In this document: positions 58,712 to 64,000 of the stretch, piece after piece
Numbering within the stretch: position 1 is the first letter of the stretch
Layout: every line of letters starts with the position of its first letter
Source: Chitinophagales bacterium
GTDB lineage: Bacteria; Bacteroidota; Bacteroidia; Chitinophagales; BACL12
NCBI GenBank assembly: GCA_044227505.1
Contig: JBGAWP010000004.1
Span: forward strand, 17,122-81,121
DNA length: 64,000 nt
Reading direction: 5' to 3'
Notes under the pieces: model-generated
Told to the model about the DNA's origin: nothing
Database searches by the model: none
Seen by the model: the letters and a program-made list of their open reading frames with translations, nothing else
Made by a program: the position numbers and the translations under genes

Positions 58712-59219
58712 ATATCCCATCCAAATTCCTCCCCTTTTCCTCATAATCCAAACCATATCCCACAACAAATACATCGGGAATTTCGAAGCCGATGAGGTCT
58801 GCATTAAAAGAATTTAGTCGTGGGATATTTTTTTGTAATAAGGCAATTGTAGTGATTGTTGCCGGTTCTAATTTTTCAATTTCCTGATGCAGATAAAAGA
58901 TGGTTTTTCCTGTGTCGATTATATCTTCAATTATTACAATATGCCTGTTTTTTAAATTGCTGTTTATACCACTAAAGGCATGAATTTTTCCTGAGGATGT
59001 ACCTGTATAGGATTTTATTCTGGTAAATATTGTTTCACAGTTGCTATTAAATTGGCGAATAAGATCGGCGGCAAAAATAAATGCACCATTTAATACAATA
59101 ATAAAAACGGGATCCTTTCCGACGAATTTTTTATTGAGTTCAATTCCTAATTCGCGAATTCGTACCTGTATTTTTTCAGGAGAAATATAGGGCTCAAACT
59201 CGAGATCATGTATTTGCAA
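58686..59219 (-). CDS. hpt: Hypoxanthine phosphoribosyltransferase
   Basis: PRPP-binding motif VIIEDIIDTGKT. 177 aa. Confidence 0.9.
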   Translation of the reverse strand: MQIHDLEFEPYISPEKIQVRIRELGIELNKKFVGKDPVFIIVLNGAFIFAADLIRQFNSNCETIFTRIKSYTGTSSGKIHAFSGINSNLKNRHIVIIEDIIDTGKTIFYLHQEIEKLEPATITTIALLQKNIPRLNSFNADLIGFEIPDVFVVGYGLDYEEKGRNLDGIWRVVNRET

Positions 59220-59225
59220 GTTATG

Positions 59226-60629
59226 TTATTTATATCCAACAATCAATTGCTGTCCTATGCTGATGGTATTGTCTTTTAGAGCATTCCATTCCTGAATTTG
59301 TGTTACCGTGACTCCATACATTTTTGATAATCCGTAAAGTGTTTCTTTTGCCGAAACAGTATGGGTTATAGCTATCTTTTCTTGTGCAGCCTGAGGTGTA
59401 ATAATTTCTTCCCTTTTAATTTCTTGTTCTCCCTGCGCACCTGGTGGATTGTTGTTTTTTTCCGGTACAACTATCTCCTCATCAAAATCCAGAAATTCAT
59501 CATTATTATCATCTATAAACTCTTTTTCAACGGGCACATTCTCCTTGTCCTCCGTAGCTTTAGCGGAGGAGGACTTCTCCTCTCTCCTCACTCCTTTCTC
59601 CTCCTTTCCCTTCTCCTCACTCCTTTCTCCTTTCTCCTCCTTTAACTTAACCGGATCCTTCCTTTTATCTCTTAAATTAATTTGTTCGCCCACCGCAGGT
59701 TCTTCACCTGGTTGCATTTTGTTGTATTTATATAATTGTTCCATTCGCACTCCTTCATCTCTTGAAATGGTCCACATGGTTTCGCCTTCTTTAACGGTAT
59801 GAAATTTAGTATCGCCCTTTTTGCGTTTTGGCTGCAAATAAAATTTAGTGCCGGGTGTTAAAGTGCCTCCATTTTCAATATCATTATAATCCTTTAAAAG
59901 AGATAATTTTTTATGGTGTTTTTCCGCGAGTTTTTCAGGTGAATCTCCGGCTTGAATTGTTACGGCAGGAATGCGATTGAAATAATAAACATCTTCATTG
60001 TATCCTCCCCAGGTAAAATTTTTCTCTTTTTTATTTTCATCCTTTTTTTCAACCGGGTCTTTTTTTACTATCGGATCCTCTTTTTCTATTTTTTTATTGT
60101 GTTTTTTAGCCTCTGCGAGCGACATTTTATCTAATGCATGCAGATCATATTCTTCAATAAGATTTATTAAAAGATCGGCATACTTCGGATTTGTTGCATA
60201 ACCGGCAGCTTTTAATCCTTTTGCCCATCCTTTATAATCATCGGCATCTAATTTAAATAATTCGGCATATCGTGTTTTGGAAGATAAAAATTCGGAGTGA
60301 TCGCGATACGAATCTTCCACATGATCGTATTTTCTGAAACATTCATCCTTTGCATCATCGTCATAATATACTTTTTCTCCCTTCCAATCGGTGTGACATT
60401 TTATGCCGAAATGATTATTTGATTTTTTTGCGAGTTCACTTTGTCCCGCACCACTTTCTAAAATTCCCTGCGCCATAGTGATACTCGCCGGAATTTTATA
60501 TTCCACCATTTCTGCTACAGCAATTGCCTTGTATTGGTCAATATAATCCAACACCGCCTGACTTGGTTGTCCTGCAGAAAGTGCAATGTAAGTAAGCAGA
60601 ATAAAAAACGTTGTGCAGACCTTTTTCAT
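59226..60629 (-). CDS. Peptidoglycan N-acetylglucosaminidase (FlgJ/mannosyl-glycoprotein endo-beta-N-acetylglucosaminidase domain) with three LysM domains
   Basis: The internal Met gives the signal peptide MKKVCTTFFILL... Glucosaminidase region (ITMAQGILESGAGQSELAKKSNNHFGIKC). LysM-like segments occur near TIQAGDSPEKLA, HTVKEGETMWTIS and HTVSAKETLYGLS. Confidence 0.85.
   Translation of the reverse strand: MKKVCTTFFILLTYIALSAGQPSQAVLDYIDQYKAIAVAEMVEYKIPASITMAQGILESGAGQSELAKKSNNHFGIKCHTDWKGEKVYYDDDAKDECFRKYDHVEDSYRDHSEFLSSKTRYAELFKLDADDYKGWAKGLKAAGYATNPKYADLLINLIEEYDLHALDKMSLAEAKKHNKKIEKEDPIVKKDPVEKKDENKKEKNFTWGGYNEDVYYFNRIPAVTIQAGDSPEKLAEKHHKKLSLLKDYNDIENGGTLTPGTKFYLQPKRKKGDTKFHTVKEGETMWTISRDEGVRMEQLYKYNKMQPGEEPAVGEQINLRDKRKDPVKLKEEKGERSEEKGKEEKGVRREEKSSSAKATEDKENVPVEKEFIDDNNDEFLDFDEEIVVPEKNNNPPGAQGEQEIKREEIITPQAAQEKIAITHTVSAKETLYGLSKMYGVTVTQIQEWNALKDNTISIGQQLIVGYK
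59574..59643 (-). repeat. Heptamer tract (plus-strand words nnnCTCC; gene-sense GGAGnnn) embedded in frame in the CDS, encoding a K/E/G-rich linker (KEEKGERSEEKGKEEKGVRREEKS)
   Basis: Plus strand reads CTTCTCC TCTCTCC TCACTCC TTTCTCC TCCTTTCCC TTCTCC TCACTCC TTTCTCC TTTCTCC. This is the same word family as the intergenic tract 28504..28543. Confidence 0.85.
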
Positions 60630-60718
60630 ACCGTATTTTGAATTGCGGATTATCACAATCAAAATTACCTCTCTAAACGGTTGAGGCTCAACTTATATTA
60701 TCCGCAATAATATGTTAT

Positions 60719-61360
60719 TTATCCAATTTTTCGGGCAATATTGATACCATCGCGGATGGAAATGATCACATTTTCTACCCTTTGGTCTTTGTGAATTTTC
60801 TTATTGTAGGCGTCGATTGCAGTAGTGTCTTTGTCCATATTTTGTGCAATTACTTTACCGCTCCACAAAACATTATCAGCCAGGATCCAGCCTCCCGGGC
60901 GCACTTTATCAATTACAAGGTCAAAATAGTTGCTGTAATTATGTTTATCCGCATCAATAAAAACAAGATCGAATTGTTGTGTTAAGGTGGGGATAATTTG
61001 CATTGCATTGCCCGTTAAAACCTCCATTTGATCTTCCAATTTCTCTAAAGAAATATATTTTTTAACCATCGGGGTAAGCTCTTCATTGATATCGATCGTA
61101 ACCAGTTTGCCTCCCGGCTTTAATCCCTTTGCAAGGCAAATAGCACTGTATCCCGTATAAGTGCCGATCTCTAAAATGTTTTCAGGATTTATCATACAGG
61201 AAATAAATTCGAGAAATTTTCCCTGAACCTGTCCGCTCAACATTTGAGGCATCAAAACCTTTACATAAGTTTCTCTGTTCAGTTCGGAAAGATTATTTGA
61301 TTCAGGCGACGAATTTTCGGTGATATATTTCTCAATTGCTTCAGGTACAATATTTTCCAT
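60719..61360 (-). CDS. Class I SAM-dependent O-methyltransferase (caffeoyl-CoA O-methyltransferase-like family 3)
   Basis: 213 aa with ILEIGTYTGYSAI, FIDADK and ADNVLW motifs. Confidence 0.85.
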   Translation of the reverse strand: MENIVPEAIEKYITENSSPESNNLSELNRETYVKVLMPQMLSGQVQGKFLEFISCMINPENILEIGTYTGYSAICLAKGLKPGGKLVTIDINEELTPMVKKYISLEKLEDQMEVLTGNAMQIIPTLTQQFDLVFIDADKHNYSNYFDLVIDKVRPGGWILADNVLWSGKVIAQNMDKDTTAIDAYNKKIHKDQRVENVIISIRDGINIARKIG

Positions 61361-61429
61361 TTTGGCGTTTTTACATTAATATTACAAGAATCACAAAATT
61401 GTAAAATATTTTTACATAAATTGGCGAAT

Positions 61430-63031
61430 ATGAGAATTACAATTTTACGAATTTTTACTTTTTCATTGCTCTTAATTGTATTTACGAGCAGAATGAATGC
61501 CCAATACAATTTATCAGTTGCTTCAGAAATTGTGTATCCCGCTGGATTTGAAATGAGTGGATGTTGGGGATATACTGATGATGCCGGAAATGAATATGCA
61601 ATTATTGGCACCAGCATGGGAACTTCCATTGTAAATATTACAACGCCGGAAGCTCCTGTGGAATTGTTTTTTATTCCCGGAGTGGAAAGTATTTGGAGAG
61701 AGGCAAAAGTTTGGAACCAACATGCTTATATTTCTACGGAAGGCGCCGATGAAGGAATGTTGATAATAGATCTTAGTGAACTGCCTTTATCCATTGATAC
61801 TTTTTATTTTAAGGGCACTGACGCACATCCGTTTACCACAGCACATACATTATTTATTGATGAAAACGGGTTTTGTTATTTATTTGGATTTTCTGTCGCT
61901 TTGTTTGTAACAGGCGGTGCCTATATTGTTGATCTGAATCCTGATCCGGAAAATCCTGTTTATGTTGGTGAATATACAAATGCTTATATACACGATGGAT
62001 TCGTTCGCAATGATACATTATGGGCTGCTGAAATTTATGATGGAAGATTTGAAGTGCTTGATGTAAGTGATAAATCGGATATCGTTTTGTTGGGGACACA
62101 AAATACCGGCGCTTCTGCTGCGCATAACTGTTGGTTAAGTGATGACGGAAAATATTTATTTACAACCGATGAAATTACGTATGGATTTATAGAAAGTTAT
62201 GCTGTGGAAGATGTTACAGATATCGTAAAATTGGATGCTGTTAAACATGGAGATCCGGACTCAACTGTTGCGCATAATGTGTATTATTTAAATGGATATC
62301 TTGTTTCAGCCCATTACACGGAAGGGGTAACAATTCACGATGCACATAAACCGGATAATTTAATAGAAGTAGCGCATTTCGACACCACCCCATTTGGCCC
62401 AAACTCTGGATACAGCGGTGTTTGGGGAGTATACCCCTATTTTGAATCGGGGAATATTGTTGCCACTGACCGTATAGGAACTACTTTTATTTTACAACCG
62501 AGTTACGAACGCGCCTGTTATTTGGAAGGTAATATTAAAGACATCACCACAGAATTAAATATTTATAATGCTCAGGTGACCATATTAGGTACAACAGCAT
62601 TTGATAATACAAATGTATCGGGCGATTTTCGAACAGGTTATTACGCAAGTGGTATTTATGATATTGAAATAAGTAGTGCAGGATGCGATTCAAAAATTAT
62701 TAATTCGGTTGAATTGATACATGGAGCCGTAACGGAATTAAATGAAACTCTGGAATGTGGAAATATTGCTGTTCCGGAATTTAATTCCGAAGTATCGCTG
62801 AATATTTTTTATGATGTTACTTCAAAAAATATTGTAATAAAATATGAAATGAACGATGTTGGCGATGCGCAAATAATGGTCTCCAATATCGCGGGACAAA
62901 TAATTACCTCTTTTTCAATTTTCGGCTCGGGTGAACAAAATATCGATGGAAATTCTCTTGCTCCGGGATGTTATATCGTTCAATATCGTGATGGCACTTT
63001 TATTCAGAACAAAAAAATAATGGTTTATTGA
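61430..63031 (+). CDS. LVIVD-repeat / choice-of-anchor-B-like beta-propeller protein with a T9SS-type C-terminal domain
   Basis: The ATG at 61430 gives the signal peptide MRITILRIFTFSLLLIVFTSRMNAQ. Motifs WGYTD..GNEYAIIG....TSIVNIT.P, ..W.....H..Y.... and EGV.I.D. C-terminal beta-sandwich tail (APGCYIVQYRDG...KKIMVY). Confidence 0.72.
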   Translation: MRITILRIFTFSLLLIVFTSRMNAQYNLSVASEIVYPAGFEMSGCWGYTDDAGNEYAIIGTSMGTSIVNITTPEAPVELFFIPGVESIWREAKVWNQHAYISTEGADEGMLIIDLSELPLSIDTFYFKGTDAHPFTTAHTLFIDENGFCYLFGFSVALFVTGGAYIVDLNPDPENPVYVGEYTNAYIHDGFVRNDTLWAAEIYDGRFEVLDVSDKSDIVLLGTQNTGASAAHNCWLSDDGKYLFTTDEITYGFIESYAVEDVTDIVKLDAVKHGDPDSTVAHNVYYLNGYLVSAHYTEGVTIHDAHKPDNLIEVAHFDTTPFGPNSGYSGVWGVYPYFESGNIVATDRIGTTFILQPSYERACYLEGNIKDITTELNIYNAQVTILGTTAFDNTNVSGDFRTGYYASGIYDIEISSAGCDSKIINSVELIHGAVTELNETLECGNIAVPEFNSEVSLNIFYDVTSKNIVIKYEMNDVGDAQIMVSNIAGQIITSFSIFGSGEQNIDGNSLAPGCYIVQYRDGTFIQNKKIMVY

Positions 63032-63079
63032 TCTGCGACAACTGGGTATCTGCTCATTTTTGATTTTCTTTGCGTTATT

Positions 63080-64000
63080 ATGCGCCTCCTGCTAATTGTT
63101 TGTGTACTATGTGGCCCTTTATTAACCAAGGGACAGATATTACCTGCCTATGGGGATAGCAGGACTGCAACTACCGGATGGCAATTTTTGAAAATAGGTC
63201 CGGATGCCCGTTCTGCGGGACTAAGCGAGAGTTTTATAACAATTGTGGATGATGTTTCTTCCCTTTATTGGAACCCTGCAGGTATTACCCGCCTGGATAC
63301 CAATAAATTGCATTTTGCAATTGCCTATACCGATTATGCGGCAAATACCAGTATGAATTTTGGCGGAATTACTTACAGATTGGGTGACAATACACTTATT
63401 GGTGTAAGCCTTCAATATTTTGATGCCGGTGAAATGGAAGTAACTACCGAATTTTTGCCCTTTGGCAACGGACAAACTTTTCGTGCTACAGATCTGGGGA
63501 TTGGAATTAGTCTTGCAAGAGAGCTGACCGAACAATTCAGTTTCGGAATTACGACAAAATATATTCGTGAAGACCTGGCATCGGTGCACAATCAAAATCT
63601 TGTTTTTGATTTTGGATTTCAGTACGATGTTGGCATTGCAAATACCCGTTTTGCAGTTGCTATTTCTAATTTCGGATTTAATTCGGAACCCGGAGGTGAA
63701 ATTCCGGTATTAAATTTAAATGATTCCATAACTGCAGATGCATTCACGGAAATTTCGGTTCCTACTGTTTTTCGATTGGGATTTGCCTGGGATGCAATTA
63801 AAAATGAAACGCATATGCTTACCACGGCATTACAATTAAATCATCCAACAGATAATAATGAAACATATAGTCTTGGTTTAGAATATTGCTGGAAACAATT
63901 ATTATACGCCAGAAGCGGATATACTTTTGCCTTGGATGACAGAACTTACCCGGCATTCGGGTTCGGGTTGTATCTGAAAAGAAAGTACGGAATAATTAAC
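63080..64000 (+). CDS. PorV/PorQ-family outer-membrane beta-barrel (T9SS-associated), partial (3' end outside the window)
   Basis: This gene is not in the supplied ORF track because no stop is reached. My hand translation is open from the ATG at 63080 to the window end: MRLLLIVCVLCGPLL...TGWQFLKIGPDARSAGLSESFITIVDDVSSLYWNPAGI... This resembles the PorV N-terminal signature, with alternating beta-strand patterns after it. Confidence 0.6.
   Translation, partial: MRLLLIVCVLCGPLLTKGQILPAYGDSRTATTGWQFLKIGPDARSAGLSESFITIVDDVSSLYWNPAGITRLDTNKLHFAIAYTDYAANTSMNFGGITYRLGDNTLIGVSLQYFDAGEMEVTTEFLPFGNGQTFRATDLGIGISLARELTEQFSFGITTKYIREDLASVHNQNLVFDFGFQYDVGIANTRFAVAISNFGFNSEPGGEIPVLNLNDSITADAFTEISVPTVFRLGFAWDAIKNETHMLTTALQLNHPTDNNETYSLGLEYCWKQLLYARSGYTFALDDRTYPAFGFGLYLKRKYGIIN

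Noticed and set aside
63221-63825. Minus-strand ORFs 63221..63595 and 63619..63825
   Set aside because: They are antisense to the much better supported PorV/PorQ-like reading frame that runs from 63080 to the window end.
1-64000. A search for tRNA, rRNA, tmRNA, integrase, transposase, restriction-modification or Cas genes
   Set aside because: None of the intergenic segments shows a tRNA cloverleaf signature (for example a GTTCGAAT-type T-arm in context). None of the ORFs has motifs of these families.

Overview
This is a visibly AT-rich chromosomal segment from a Bacteroidota genome. The taxonomic call rests on several proteins with T9SS C-terminal sorting domains, a PorV/PorQ-like barrel, bshA, and TAnnTTTG-type promoter boxes. 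Most of the window is ordinary housekeeping in familiar synteny blocks: mltD, gatA, tatA, an M23/DUF4292/TPR block, dut, a flippase, nadK, a pabA-like gene, bshA, a GH3-beta-lactamase fusion, mutL with two rhomboids and an EEP gene, cysS, ridA, obg, adk and hpt. I saw no rRNA, tRNA, CRISPR, transposase, integrase or recognisable defence genes.

Two things stand out.

1. A dispersed family of composite intergenic elements built from tandem heptanucleotide (sometimes octanucleotide) word tracts. Words include GGTGAGT, AATGAGT, TAATGAC, TCACGAT, TAGGAAR, TCCTATG, AGGAGAR and CAATTGT. The tracts flank short conserved cores such as GATCCYCGATAGCCGGAT..TTTACTCCTGAC. The elements form arrays of up to six units at seven or more loci between about 28 and 59 kb. 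They supply the stop codon and last residues of several genes, and one tract sits inside a CDS as a linker. They resemble cyanobacterial STRR/SDR repeats, and I do not know of a described Bacteroidota family like them.

2. A tightly packed operon directly downstream of cysS (39.9-48.0 kb). It encodes three paralogous B12-binding radical SAM enzymes, two methyltransferases, a GT4 glycosyltransferase and a minimal nucleotidyltransferase-fold protein. I cannot assign its product.

Smaller observations: a PHM/DBH-like copper monooxygenase T9SS cargo gene is split by one in-frame TAA. A 28-nt hairpin element is inserted in frame inside a T9SS sorting domain, with an inverted second copy just past the stop codon. 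The hpt-adk-obg block is interrupted by three genes bounded by repeat arrays.
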